DNA of 64,000 nucleotides. Source: Blastocladiella emersonii ATCC 22665 (lineage: Eukaryota; Fungi; Blastocladiomycota). The position numbers were made by a program, and so were the translations under genes. The stretch is from NCBI GenBank assembly GCA_025594325.1, contig JANHCV010000007.1:1302001-1366000 (forward strand), written 5' to 3'. Position 1 is the stretch's first letter; the number at the start of each line of letters is the position of its first letter. The notes beneath the pieces are model-generated. The model was not told where the DNA came from. It worked only from the letters and a program-made list of their open reading frames with translations, and ran no database searches. Positions 1-11,800 of this stretch are shown here, one piece after another.

Positions 1-1314
1 GCGTCGTCGTCGTCCACCCGCGCCACCAACGGCACCGGCGACAGCGACCTCAGCGACCTCGACTCGCCGCACGAGGAGGACAAGAAGCGCCCGCGCGCCC
101 GTGCCCCGGCCAAGCGCGCCAAGGCGGCGACGGCGGCCTCGCCGAAGAAGACCAAGAAGGCGGCTGCGCCCAAGAAGGCCCGCGCGCTCCCCGAGAAGCC
201 CGTCGCGCCGGCTTCCACGACCACGCGGTCCGGTCGCCGCACCAACAACAGCCTCGCGTCGACTTCCGCACCCGCTACCTCGGCGACCGCCGCCGCCGAC
301 CACGACTCGTCCGCCGCACCGGCTGCGTCGTCCTCGTCGGCGCCCGTGCCCAGCAAGCGGTCGTCGTCGTCGGTGCAGTACGGCGACTCGGATTCGGACA
401 TTGACTACGACCTGGACGCGTGCAAGGCGTGCATGAAGCCGGCCAAGGCGGCGCTGCGGCAGCTGCGGTCGACGCCCGAGATCAAGGAGACGGCCGAGAA
501 GGTGGCGGTGACGACGAGCTGCCTGCACACGATCGGCGCGCTCGTGATGCGGCAACCCGAGGCGCTGCACACGGACCTGTGGAAGTACGTGGCCGAGTGG
601 TTCCCGAACCGGCCGCGCTGGCGCACCGTCCGCGACCTCTACACCAAGCTCGCCCAGAGCTCGTCCTCGTCCAGCAGCACGCCCGCGCGGCCCGCGTCGC
701 CCCACCCGGGCCCGCCGCCGCCGCTGCCGCCAGCAGGCGACGACGCGGAGCGGCCCAAGTCGGGGCTCTCGGCGTCAGTCACCGCGGCGGATGCCGGCGC
801 GGCGTCAACGACGACGCTCGGCCGCCAGCACTTCTCGTCGCGCAACGGGTCCGCGGCGCAGTCGCCCAACGCGTCGGCGTCCTCGATCGACCGCGGCTCG
901 GGTTCGGCGCAGCAGCAGCAGCACTACCGCGACCGGGATCGCGACCGCGACGGGCGCAGCGACCGTGACCGCGACCGCCACGGGTCCGGGTACGGCGGCA
1001 GCAGCAGCTCGCGCGACTACCACCGGTCCGACCGCTCCGACCGGTACGACCGCGACCGCGACTACCACCGTGACCGCGACTACCCGTCGTCGCGCGACCG
1101 GGACCGTGATCGCGACCACTACCGCGGGCGCAACAGCGGCGGCGGCGGTGACCGGGACCGCGACCGAGAACGCGACCGCGACCGTGACCGCGACTACCAC
1201 CACCGTGATCGCCACCGTGAACGCGAGCGCGAGCGGGACCGCGACCGGTACCCGGCGTCCCGCGGAAGCAACGGCGGCGGCGGGAGCAGCAGCGACGCGG
1301 CGCGGAGGCGCTGA
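1..1314 (+). CDS. CHD1: 3' end of a CHD1-like chromodomain helicase (C-terminal DUF4208/CHCT helical domain plus Arg/Asp/His-rich tail); gene starts upstream of the window
   Basis: Frame 1 is open from base 1 to TGA at 1312-1314. The segment CKACMKPAKAALRQL...LHTIGALV...LWKYVAEWFPNRPRWRTVRDLYTKL matches the CHD1/Hrp3 C-terminal domain pattern (C..M.P.K..L..L ... LW.FV..FWP ... L..MY). An RD/HR-rich tail follows. Confidence 0.7.
   Translation, partial: ASSSSTRATNGTGDSDLSDLDSPHEEDKKRPRARAPAKRAKAATAASPKKTKKAAAPKKARALPEKPVAPASTTTRSGRRTNNSLASTSAPATSATAAADHDSSAAPAASSSSAPVPSKRSSSSVQYGDSDSDIDYDLDACKACMKPAKAALRQLRSTPEIKETAEKVAVTTSCLHTIGALVMRQPEALHTDLWKYVAEWFPNRPRWRTVRDLYTKLAQSSSSSSSTPARPASPHPGPPPPLPPAGDDAERPKSGLSASVTAADAGAASTTTLGRQHFSSRNGSAAQSPNASASSIDRGSGSAQQQQHYRDRDRDRDGRSDRDRDRHGSGYGGSSSSRDYHRSDRSDRYDRDRDYHRDRDYPSSRDRDRDRDHYRGRNSGGGGDRDRDRERDRDRDRDYHHRDRHRERERERDRDRYPASRGSNGGGGSSSDAARRR
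928..1250 (+). repeat. Coding (GACCGC/GACCGT)n hexamer repeats encoding Arg-Asp dipeptide runs
   Basis: Directly visible: gaccgcgaccgtgaccgcgac arrays translate to DRDRDRD. Confidence 0.9.
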
Positions 1315-1498
1315 GAGCACGCCGAGGAGGAGGTGCTGAGACGTGTTCCTTATATATTGATAAAACGCATACGAATGCATTTTGAGCCGTTTTTGCCTTT
1401 GAAACTTTTGCGCGTCAGACACACGTGAGGATGGTCAGGGACGCGTTGCGCCACATCTCGCGCGGGGCGTCGAGTGCTCGGCCCCCCAACGGCGCACC

Positions 1499-3791
1499 AT
1501 GTTAGCCACCTCGCCAACTCTTACGAAAGCAGATGCATTGCCTCGCTGCACGGCGCCGCGACCGCCGTCCAGTGCGGCGAGCAGCGTGAGCTCGCCCGCG
1601 CTCCGTCCGCGACGGTGGCCTGCCGCGTCCAAGCTCGACCAGTCGACGCAGATCTTTGACCTTCCCGAGCCTGCCCCGCGGCCTCCCACCGTCGATCCGC
1701 CTGCTCCTCGCACGCAGGCCAAGCTCGCTGCTGCACTCGACCAGCTGCAGTCATTGCACCAGCACGCGGCGGCGATCCGTCGCGAACTGCTTAATGCCCA
1801 CGACCTCGATGCTGGCACCGATACCTTCACCGCGTCCGCCGACACGACGACGACCTACACGTCGTCCGCAACTACCGCGACGACACTCCCGCCGCCCGTC
1901 GCGCTGTCGGCCGCGCTGCAGGCGCAGCTGCTCAACGAGAACGCGGAGCTCCGCGCTCGCGTTCGCGCGCTCGAGGCCGTGTTCGGGACCAACGTCAGCG
2001 ATATGTCACGGAGCCCTGCTGTCGTCCGAGCGGCCCATGCGTTTGCGCAGGAGACGGCGCGGGCGGTCGAGGGCGCCGGCGCGGACCAGCCGTGGGACAC
2101 GGCCGAGTTGCGGCACGCGCGACATGAGCTTGCTTGCATGCCTGCCCCGCCATCCATCGGCGCGGTTCAGGCGGCGCACCAGTCGCTCGTCTCCGCGCTC
2201 GTCCGTGCCGTGACCGCTTCCGACGAGGCTGTGTGCGGCGAACGCGATCGTGTCGCGGCACTCGAAGCACAGCTCGCCGAATCGCAGTCGCGTGCCGCCG
2301 AGCTCAAACAGCGTCTCACGCGGGCCCGTTCGCGCACCGCGCGGCTCGTCCAGCTGCTCCGCGACCGCGACGCCGCGTACCAGCGCGTGCACCAGGAGTC
2401 GTCGGATTCGGCGCGCGCCCTTGACGCTGTCCGCGCCGAGCTGCGCAGCGCGCTCGGGGGGCGCGACGCTGCGGCCCAGAAGTACCAGCGGCTCGAGTCT
2501 GGGCTCCGCGTCGCGCTGTCGTGGGTCGCGCAGCACCTCGCCGCGATCCGCGACGGAACCGTCGAGTTTACCGCCACCGCGCGGCTCGCTGCCTGGCCGC
2601 GCGACGTCGTGGAAAGTGTGCAGGACGTCGTTGACGCTGTGTGCGCGCTACCTCGCGCAGTCGCGCAAACGGAGCAATCCTCGACTGCGGACGAGCATGA
2701 CGCCAAGTTTGCGGCGGCGGCTGCGACTGCTGCGAACGTCATCGCCGAGCTCGAGCGCCGGGTCATGGAGGCGCATTCAGACGCGTCGAGGCTGGGCCAG
2801 GAGTCGGGCGAGCTGCGCGCCCGACTCGCCGACGTCGAAAAGGAGCGGGTCGCGGCCGAGAAGCGCTGGTCCGTCCGCGAGCACAAGTTGCTCAGCCAGA
2901 TCGAGGCACTCGGAGCGGAAGTGGCTCGCGCCGACCACGCGGCTGCTGCGCGCATCACGCAGGCGCGGCGAGAGTACTCGAGTTTGGTGCGTAGATCGCC
3001 GCAAACGTGTCGGCCAAGACTGAATATCGTTTTTCCCGCCGTGTAGCGGGATCTGTACTCGCGAGCCAAGGAGGATCTCGAGCGCGAGCGCAAGGTCCTC
3101 GCCGAGTCGGCCGAGACGATCCGCAACCTCAAGCACCGCAACACGATCCTCGTCAAGAAGTGCGCGGCCAAGGACGTGCGCATGACCTCGCTCGAGCTCG
3201 TGGCCGCCGCCATCAACGACGACTGCAAGGGCGAGTCGGACGAGACCGCGCGCAAGGCCACTGACCTCGCCCGCGATCACGGCCGCCGCGGCAACCAGAT
3301 CCGGTCCCTGCAGGCCACGGTCGCTGATCTACGCGCTGCACTCGCCCACGCCGAGGCCATGATCAAGGCCGAGTCGGAGCGTGTCCAGCGCGCGGAGCGA
3401 CGCGTCGGCGAGCGCGAGGCGCGGATCCGGTCGCACGAGGCCCTGCTCAGATGGCTCGTCGCGCAGCTGACCGAGGCGCACGATGCCGCGGGCCAAGATG
3501 CGCCCGTCGCCGAGATACCGTCGGTCTCGGCCGCCGAGGAGCGCATCGCGCAGCAGTTCCTGGGACTCGGTGTCGCGGATCTTTACGCGCTCTCGACACG
3601 GCCACGACGCGAGCCACGGAGTGACTCCGCTGCTGTTCAAGCGCGCTTGGACATCATGTACGTCGTTCACCTTCACCACGGCCATGATCCCCACTGACGC
3701 GTTTCTGCGACGTAGTCTCGATCCCCGCGCACCGCCAGGGAAGCTGGTGGCCTCGCTCAAGGAGCTGTTTTCCCAGCTGCTCTCCGAATAG
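1499..3791 (+). CDS. Long coiled-coil protein of unknown function, 3 exons (introns 2987-3046 and 3658-3715)
   Basis: ORFs 1499-3046, 3176-3697 and 3483-3791 join in frame through GTGCGT..GTGTAG (60 nt) and GTACGT..CTGAC..CGTAG (58 nt). The product is heptad-rich in A/E/R/L. Confidence 0.75.
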
Positions 3792-3974
3792 ACTCATGCA
3801 TGCTTCGACGCGTGTCCTTCCAAAGGTCCCTGTTCAGGCTCTCGGGCAACGGGGGACTGCCTGGGGGACTGCGGCCAGGGGCTCGGCTCGCCGTGAGAGA
3901 GGGCTTCTCCTCAGCAACGACCGCCAAGCGCGCTCGCTCTCACATCTGTACTGAAGCAAGTCGATGCAACAACC

Positions 3975-4502
3975 ATGGACACCAAGATTGATGTGAATGC
4001 AACTCTCGAGGCCAAGGACCAGAAGCCGTTCCAGCCCAGCACCCTGCGCGAGCAGCAGAACGCTCGCCGCCGCATCGCCGCGACCGTGCTCTTCGTTGTC
4101 GACTGCCTCTGGGCGGTCGCCTTGCCGTCGCTTGCCCGCGCGTCGTTTGGCATATGGTGGACCGAGCCCGTCGCGTCTCCGCTGCCAGCGCCGTACGACG
4201 TGATGGTGTTCGAGCTCTCGGTCATCGTCCCGTTCGTCACGGCTCTGTTGATTACGATCATCTTCGCGACGTCGTATGCGCTCGTCAAGCTCATGGACAT
4301 CTACCCTTCCCACGTCATTCTCCCCGTGCTGTGCGTGATTAACATTGCGCCCACGTTCGGCCTGTTTTCGCTCGGTCTCTACGCCTTTGTGTGCTTTTGC
4401 TACGGGTACACGCTGCGTGGGTCGATCCGGACCCTCAAGGAGCACATGGAAAAGGTCGAGAGGGACGAGGAGGAAGACGCGTTCGAGGAGACGCGCGATT
4501 GA
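3975..4502 (+). CDS. Small multi-pass membrane protein (175 aa, about 3-4 hydrophobic segments), unknown family
   Basis: ATG in ACCATGG context, GC3-biased codons, hydrophobic stretches (IAATVLFVVDCLWAVAL; VIVPFVTALLITIIFATSYALV; VILPVLCVINIAPTFGLFSLGLYAFVCFCYGY), acidic tail. Confidence 0.7.
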   Translation: MDTKIDVNATLEAKDQKPFQPSTLREQQNARRRIAATVLFVVDCLWAVALPSLARASFGIWWTEPVASPLPAPYDVMVFELSVIVPFVTALLITIIFATSYALVKLMDIYPSHVILPVLCVINIAPTFGLFSLGLYAFVCFCYGYTLRGSIRTLKEHMEKVERDEEEDAFEETRD

Positions 4503-4579
4503 TCGATGTGTGACCTGATTGATTGAATATATCTTGGCGCTAGCAGTCTTTGTTTCCACCAGTCTGCGCACTAGTCCTG

Positions 4580-5030
4580 GATGTCAACCATGATACGAAC
4601 CTGCCCGTCGAGAGCGATTGTGATCGAAATTCTCCCTGTGAACTTGCGGAATCGTTAGAACGCCGCGATCGAGCTGGCCCTTTGCTGCATCAGCACCTTT
4701 GCACTGATAACGCTCGCTCGCTCGTTCATCTGCTAATAATCTATGCCCATCGCGTCGTCAGACTCAAGGCCACGCGCCGAGGTTCGAGCTCTTGGTGATC
4801 GTTGAGCTTCCACTTTTCCTGATCGCAACCGTTGTCGCCACACGAGAGGCCCTGGGCAAGTTCGCTGCTGTTCGCGTCTCGACATCACTCGCGTGAACTC
4901 TCACTGCGGGTTCGACGCGTTCGTCTTCGTCGGGCTGGGGTTCCTGTTGCACAAGACGATCAAACCACTCCAAGAGCAAATGAACAGAGCGAAGTCGGAG
5001 TGCATGCATGCTCGCCATCATTTCACATGA
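4580..5030 (+). pseudogene. Degenerate tandem paralogue of the 3975-4502 membrane-protein gene
   Basis: DNA 4782-4802 matches 4208-4228 at 19/21 nt. Translated pieces align to the parent: DVN, FELLVIVELPLFLIATVVATREALGKF vs FELSVIVPFVTALLITIIFATSYALVKL, and GFDAFVFVGLGFLLHKTIKPLQEQM vs GLYAFVCFCYGYTLRGSIRTLKEHM. In-frame TAA TAA at 4734-4739 plus frameshifts. Confidence 0.75.
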
Positions 5031-6360
5031 CGCCGAACCCGTGAAATAAAGAGAAATACCCTCCAAGATGGATTGCAAACGCCAGACCGCGAGACATACC
5101 AACTTCACCGCCATAACTTCGAGGTCGCTGACGAACTGATCTGACGCGTTGTTCATGCGTCACATGACCATGGCCTCGAAGGCATTTTGCTTCGCTCGCG
5201 TCAGCTGGCCTGAATTTGCTCCCACAAAACGTACACCATGAAGCAACGACTAGCTGCAATGCCCTCAATTGCTGAACATGAACCGCCAGCCACACATGCC
5301 GCAGACTGCAGCTTCACCTCGACGTGGCCGCCCACCCGCTGCACCATCGTGACCCGCGACCGTACCGATGCCGATCAGCAGAACGAGGAGCATCCCAACG
5401 GCAGGCAGCGTGTGCGGCGACCGTATTGTCCGGCGGCTGAGGCGGCATAGCCATGCGATTGCACGGCTGTGGGACCGGCGCCAGTGGAGGGCGCGCGAGG
5501 ACACGGACTCTTGAAGCGAGGACCGACCTGCATCGCTGCCTGAAGCATCCGAGCGCGTGAGAGTCCACAGGTCGAGTCCCGGAAGCGGGGCGCGACGCTC
5601 CTCGCCAGCCGGGCAGTTTGGCATCGACATGGTTAACTGAATGCATCAAGCGCCGGTGAGGCCGAGGGAGCAGATCAGGCAGCGGACGGTTGTGCTCGCG
5701 AGCAATCGGGGGCCGCCGTGAGGACAAGCATGCCAAAGCGACGCGTCGCGTCGTTCAATCGGCGGAAGACCACCTGACTGCCGCGCTTTCTGGACGGCGA
5801 AGCAAGCTCACCTCACGCTTCAGTCTTACTTGCTGCAACGGAGATAACGGTGGAATCTGACAGTGTTTCTTGAGTTGGGAACGGCAGTGATGGTCTGCTG
5901 CGACGACGCGCGGGCGTGAGCCAGGGCGTAAGCTTGAGTGTACCTTGTCCTGCCACGGATCAGCACTCGCCAATCAACCTGGACAACCATCATTCAACAG
6001 TGACCGTCCTTTGTGGTTCGTGAGGACTTGGCGCTGCGTACCCGTTGGGTGGGCAGGGCAAGAGCCTGGGCAAGAGCTGAGGTGGCGCGACGACTGCACT
6101 CGACACTGACCACGACAAACCTGTAAATCACATGGAAAGCTCATGCAACTTGCTGAAACTATGACTTTGAAGCAAAATCTACCACTGGCGTCGTTTGTCG
6201 ACCAAGGCGAGGTGGTCGATGGAGTCCGGCTCGGCCTTGCGAGCAATCGAGCCCTCATCCACCGCGTTCGACTGTGCGAGCTTCGCTGCATGGGGAACCA
6301 ATAGTTGTGCTGACAGGGGACCCCGATGCTTAGTGATGTGCCGACCACGAGGCCACTTTA

Positions 6361-6897
6361 TTGGTTCGGTGCCTTGCGTGTTTGGCTGAACGACTCCAGC
6401 GCTTCGACACGGACGGGCCGCCCGACCACGACATGTCTGTCTACTGCATCGACACAAAGAAATCGTGCCATGTCTACTCGAGGTTCTTCATCAGCTTCCT
6501 CGTCAAAAAAGTCGTGGAACGAATCTGCTTGCCAGGATCCAAACGCCACCCCGATGCTAAGCTGATCGCAGCTCGAATCTTGATCTGGCTGAACGGTTCG
6601 GACAGGTCGGTGGCTCAAATTGCAAATTCGTTCTTGAATGAATGCTCACAACTAGATGCAGCGCCTGTAGCGACTTTCCTTTACTTCCGGCACCTCGAGC
6701 TCCGCTCCCTGATCCAGCGCCTTGCCTTGAGCCTTCGCAGCCAACTACCTCTACAGTACACGCACTACCGGCTGCTGCGGATCCGCTTGAGCTCGAGTCC
6801 CTGGATGACGGCGCTGCCGAGCGTAATGCCATGCCCGGTGCCGCATCCGAGCTTTTGGGCAACTCGGGGTTGCACGTGCAACCCGCGCAGCCGCTGA
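6361..6897 (+). other. Possible relic or orphan ORF in an A/T-richer stretch
   Basis: 178-aa ORF with globular-looking composition but no recognisable motif and no GC3 bias. It overlaps the start of the C2H2 ORF in another frame. Confidence 0.2.
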
Positions 6898-7950
6898 TCG
6901 AGGCCGATGACGCAGCATTAGCACCGCTCGACGCGCCGATGCCATTGCCGCTTCCTTCCCCAACAACTTCACGCGTGCGCCAGTATTCGTGCTTAGAATG
7001 TGGCGCCCACTTCACGCGAGCCGACAGCATGCGACGCCACTCGCGTATCCACCGAGTGGCACTCGGGTTCCCGGCCCTTCGCGTGCTCGTACCCGGGGTG
7101 CACACGGACGTTTGCGCGCGTCGATTTACGGTTAAATCACTTCAAGTCGCATGAGCCTCAAGCTGCGGTGCCGAGCACTGCAAGGCCACTGACAACGGCA
7201 GAAGCGGAAAGTAATGGCAGCGCCGGCAGCGCACCAACGACCCCGCTTGTTGTCTCGCTGTCGATCCGACCTGCTACAGAACAGGTGACGGCGCTGGTGC
7301 CAGCGCCCTTCGCAGTAGCGGACGAAGTGGTTGATTCTGAGCCGGTCAAAAAGAAACAGAAGCACTCGCTGGACTCGCTCCGTCCCGAACTTGAGCAGGC
7401 GGCGCCTGTTTCGACCGCGCTGACGCTCGCCGCGAGCCCATTGACTCGTGGTTCGGCCTCGCCCAACGTGATTCCGCCGATCCCACCTCACGTGCGTGTC
7501 CCCACAGCACCGCTGCCCTTTGCGCACGACCGTCACCACCCCTCTTTTGCCGGATTCTCGCAGTACCCGCACTTCCTGGCCAAGGCTCGCTTTCCGCCCT
7601 TGCCACCGCAGCCAACCTCCGCCCATTACCAGCAGCTCCCGGCATCCCCGCAGCACAGGCTCGCACCACCGCGGATGCCACATTCCGCGGCGGTAGGTTA
7701 TGCGTGGTCCAACCCACTCGATTCACCACTCCTCGTGTCCGCCGGACGCCGCGAGTGCTACCTCACAAAGCCCATCGCCGCCCATCATCAATCCGAACTC
7801 TCAGTCAGCATCGATCAGCCGCTTCCCGAGCAGCCGTGGGCTCCGTCGCGCCACAGCAGCACTGGCAGCACCGGTGACGATGATTGCATCAGCGATGATG
7901 GAGCCATATCGTCGCCGCCTGTCGGACTTGTTCTCGACTCGTTCGAGTAG
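6642..7950 (+). CDS. Two-finger C2H2 zinc-finger transcription factor, interrupted by a 10-nt frameshifting insertion between the fingers (possibly a pseudogene)
   Basis: Finger 1 YSCLECGAHFTRADSMRRHSRIH lies in ORF 6642-7154. Linker and finger 2 (SGSRPFACSYPGCTRTFARVDLRLNHFKSH) lie in ORF 7000-7950. Deleting 7053-7062 fuses them in frame. Confidence 0.7.
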
Positions 7951-8839
7951 CGCGTCGCGGGCGCGACGATGATTACTGCTGCGGCTCAATGCTTGATCCA
8001 GGCGACGTAAATACATGGAATGCGTCGTTCACTGATTTCTCCCTGATCGTGCCTGCTATGGAAGCGTTGTGTGCTGCCGCCCTGGTCGTACACGACGCGC
8101 GATGCTCAGTGTGGCGCAACGCGTAACGGGCGCGCCGCGACTTGGGCTGAATGAGCCCTGCGTGCGCCAAGCACCGGCTCTGATTGCGTCAAGTCGGGGA
8201 TACCAACCGCCTTGCATTTACACTAAAATTCAGACAGAGAATTGAAACGAAATGGATTACAGCATCACGTGAAAATCACGCGGAGGGTGCGAGACGCGTT
8301 TCGACGCGTCTCCCGGCGCCGCGTCCTCGCTTCCCACGCGCACAGGCCCTAGCATGGTGCACCGAGCGCCGCGCGCGCGGCATCGGGCTGGCAGGGCGTC
8401 CACAAGGCGCAGTTTGGATTGTCTCCCGGCATCGTTTTGGTGGCCGAGAACAACCGCGGAGAGAGACGGCCGTCTCAATGTGCGCGTGTTTCGGGGCCAC
8501 GCACGTGCTCCTCTCAACGTTCTCGCTGAAGATTCGGGACCGCAATGGCCGCGGAGATGGAAATGTCGCCCACCGCAAGGATATCAGCTCCTATGCAGGC
8601 AGAAAGTGCTCGTGCCGGCACGCCGAGGTTGTTTCGGCAAGTCTCGCAGCCCGCCCCTCGCGCGCGCCGCCTTCAGTTGTGGCGGGTCGGACGCACCGAC
8701 CCGATTCAAATTGCCCTCCCCTTACCGCCCTTCATCCTCCCCCGCGACGTAGCACCCTGCGCAGCACCAACTGCCTCCACTGGATCGACTCAAACCACGG
8801 CGACTCCGTTGCGGACCGCGCCACTCCGACGCACCGACC

Positions 8840-11800
8840 ATGACCGAGCACAGCAGGGGAGCCGACTCGCCCGCGTTCGGCGGCGGACCCGGCCTTCCCG
8901 CTGACGGCGGCGGCCACAAGTCGGTCTCGGGCGGCAAGCGCGCCGGCCTCAAGGATGTGATGCGCCCCAACGCCGTCGAGCAGGCCATGTTCTCGGTCGC
9001 CTACATCACGACGCGCGACAACGAGCTCCCGCCGCTCGCCTCATGGTGTCTGACGGTACGATACGCGCGACGGTGGATCCACGCGTGCCGCCCGATCCGC
9101 TCACGCTCGCACCTTGTGTAGATTGTCGAGGACATCCAGTGGCTGGCGTTTTCGTGGCGCTTTATCTCCGACATGCCATGGATCCTCACGGCCATCGTCG
9201 AGCCGACACGCTTCCTGACGACGTACTCGAGCTTCGTCGTCGCGAACTCCATCGGTACGCGTTCCTCCCACCTAGCTTCGAAAACTCGAGACTGATTGAC
9301 ACCTCGCTCGACCGCGTAGGCATCGCGCTGGTCTTCACCGTGGTGGTCCTCATCGCGGCCGTCCTGATCGCCACGCACCGCGAGGCCAAGGTTCCAATTC
9401 CGGCCCTGCGCGTCCTACGCGTGCTAGGTACCCTGCTCATGACGGCGCTCAGCATCCCGATCGCCTCGCTGTTCGTCGGCGGGGTTCACTGCATCGGCGG
9501 CGTGATCCCCGAGTACGGCGTCGCGTGTGCCTCGTCGCAGCATCTCCCGCTCCTCATCTTTGACGCCATCGGCCTTCTCGTGTTCACCCCGCTCATCGTC
9601 GTCGGGTCCCTCGTGGTACGGCTTCGTCGCTATACTGCTGGGCGATTGAAAACTCACTGTCCCACCTGTAGTTCATCGAGACTTCTCCGACAAGCGATAG
9701 CCCGCTGGCCCGGCCGCACGGCCGCATCGACTGCCTCGCTGTGACGATGCGCATCGCGTTCGTGTTCTCCGACTACTTCACGCGCGACCTCGACACCGCG
9801 GGCAAGTGGATCCACCTCGTGCTGGTCGCGGGCGGGCTCGCGTTCCTGGTCGTCAAGATGGCGCGCACGCAGCCCTACTACAACTCGGCCATGACGCACG
9901 CTCGCATCGGTCTCGCCGCGGCCGCTCTCGCCTCGTCGGTTGCGGCCATGGTCATTGTGGGCGCCGGTGAGCCAGCGAGCTGGTGGATTGCGCTGCCCGT
10001 CGCGTCGCTCGTGGGCCTGGTCGTCGGCGTGGCCGGTTCCAAGTGGTACTCGCGCCGGTACCTCGCCGAGACGATCCGGTGCTGGCACCGCGTGGTCCGG
10101 GCCGAGGTCGGCGAGAACGAGGGCTCGCGGCTCGTCGACGGTATGCGGTCGCCGGTGCGGTCGTCCGACCCGTCGGTCGCCAACACGGCCGCGCGCGCGT
10201 CGACCGGTCTCGCCGTCGCGGTGGAAGCGACATGGGATGCTTCGACGTCGACGGGGATCGGGCCGGGCAGCAACATGGGCATCGACGGCGTCAACCATGC
10301 GACGACGAAGGGTAACCAGAACCTCACGCTACACGTCGGCGGTGCCGGCGCGCCGGTACAGCGTCGGCTCAGCGTCGACCGCGGCTCGGTCCACACGGGC
10401 ATGCCGCCGCGGGCCCGTCGGCCAAGCGTGGCGCCGTCCATCATCGAGTCGCTCGCCGCGGCCCAGGACAATGCCGAGTTTACCCTCAACGGTCTGCTCA
10501 AGGGCTCGTCCATGGACGCGCTCAACGTTCTCCGCGAGCGCCAGCCCAAGCGTCGGATCCGCGTGTTTGAGTCCCCGCTGCAGGTCGAAGTCTGTGCGTA
10601 TCGCTCATCACTCCGCCACTTCTAGCGCGAGCACTGACACTCTCTGCATACATTGATAGGCATTCGGTTTATTCGGTCGAACCCGACGGCCAAGCAGATC
10701 TCGCTTGGTCTCCAGCTGCTCGAACGCGGGCTCGTCGAGTTCCCCAACGATCCGCTCCTCCTGCTCCTCTCCGCAACGTACCTCTCGGCCTACTACAAGG
10801 AAGACGGCGCACGTGCCGCCGACGAGCTGATGCGCGAGCTCAACACGTCGCGGCGCAAGATCCCGATGACCGTCGCGTTCCTCGTCTACGTCCGCGAGCG
10901 GTCGGCGCGCGACCAGGGCGAGCACCTCCTCGACCGCGTGTCCATGGCCGCGCTGGCGAAAGAAGTCCGAGGGCATCACCTCGCGGCCCTCTACGGCATT
11001 CGCGACCTGTGGGAGAGCGTCCGCACGTCGGCGCCCGCGCACCAGATCACGGATATCGTCGGCCGCCTCGCCGTGTACCAGGCCGGCGCTGCGAGCTGTT
11101 ACACGCGTCTCCTTGTGATCAACCCGCGCGACAAGAACACGCTGCGCAGCTATGCCCAGTTCCTCCACTGCGTCGAGGCGGACGCGGCTAAGGCGACGCA
11201 GGTCCTCGAGCTCGCCGAAGAGGGTACGCCTTTGCGATGGTCGCATTCGATAGCCACCGAAACTAACCTTACCCTTTTATGTAGTCGAGACGCAGGAATC
11301 GCGCGCTATGACGCAGGAGCACCACCAGAGTCGCGTTGCCACCTCTTCGAGACCGATCAAGGCGACGGCCGCGCTCGAGCCGGCCATGGAGACAACGACG
11401 GTCGCGACCCCGTCGGCCGACAAGCTCGCGACCGTGTCCTCGGTCGAGCTCGACGAGAGCCTGACGCACAGCAACCAGATCATCCTCGACGATCACGTCC
11501 ACGGCGCCGTCGCGCAGTTCAAGAACATGGACCGAGTCAACAACAGCTTCGGCGGCGACGGCAAGTTTGACCTCGTCGCTGACAACACGCGCATGAACGC
11601 CGGCCGCGCCGGGTCGCACACGTCGGGTACCTCGGCCAGTCGGACCCAGCGGCAGGCCCTGCAGATGCGCCGCAGCCTCCTCGAGCGCGTGTCGCGGCCG
11701 CTGAACAGCAACAAGCTCATGGTCATCTCGTGCCTCCTGTTCCTCGGCTCCATCATCATTGGGTTCTACGCGTGCCTGCTCTTCTTCAGCGGCACCTCGA

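Noticed and set aside
8331-8338. CSL consensus site CGTGGGAA upstream of the tmcB-like gene
   Set aside because: About two chance hits of an 8-mer are expected in 64 kb on both strands. The two others I found (4307-4314, 13326-13333) are inside coding sequence, so there is no enrichment.
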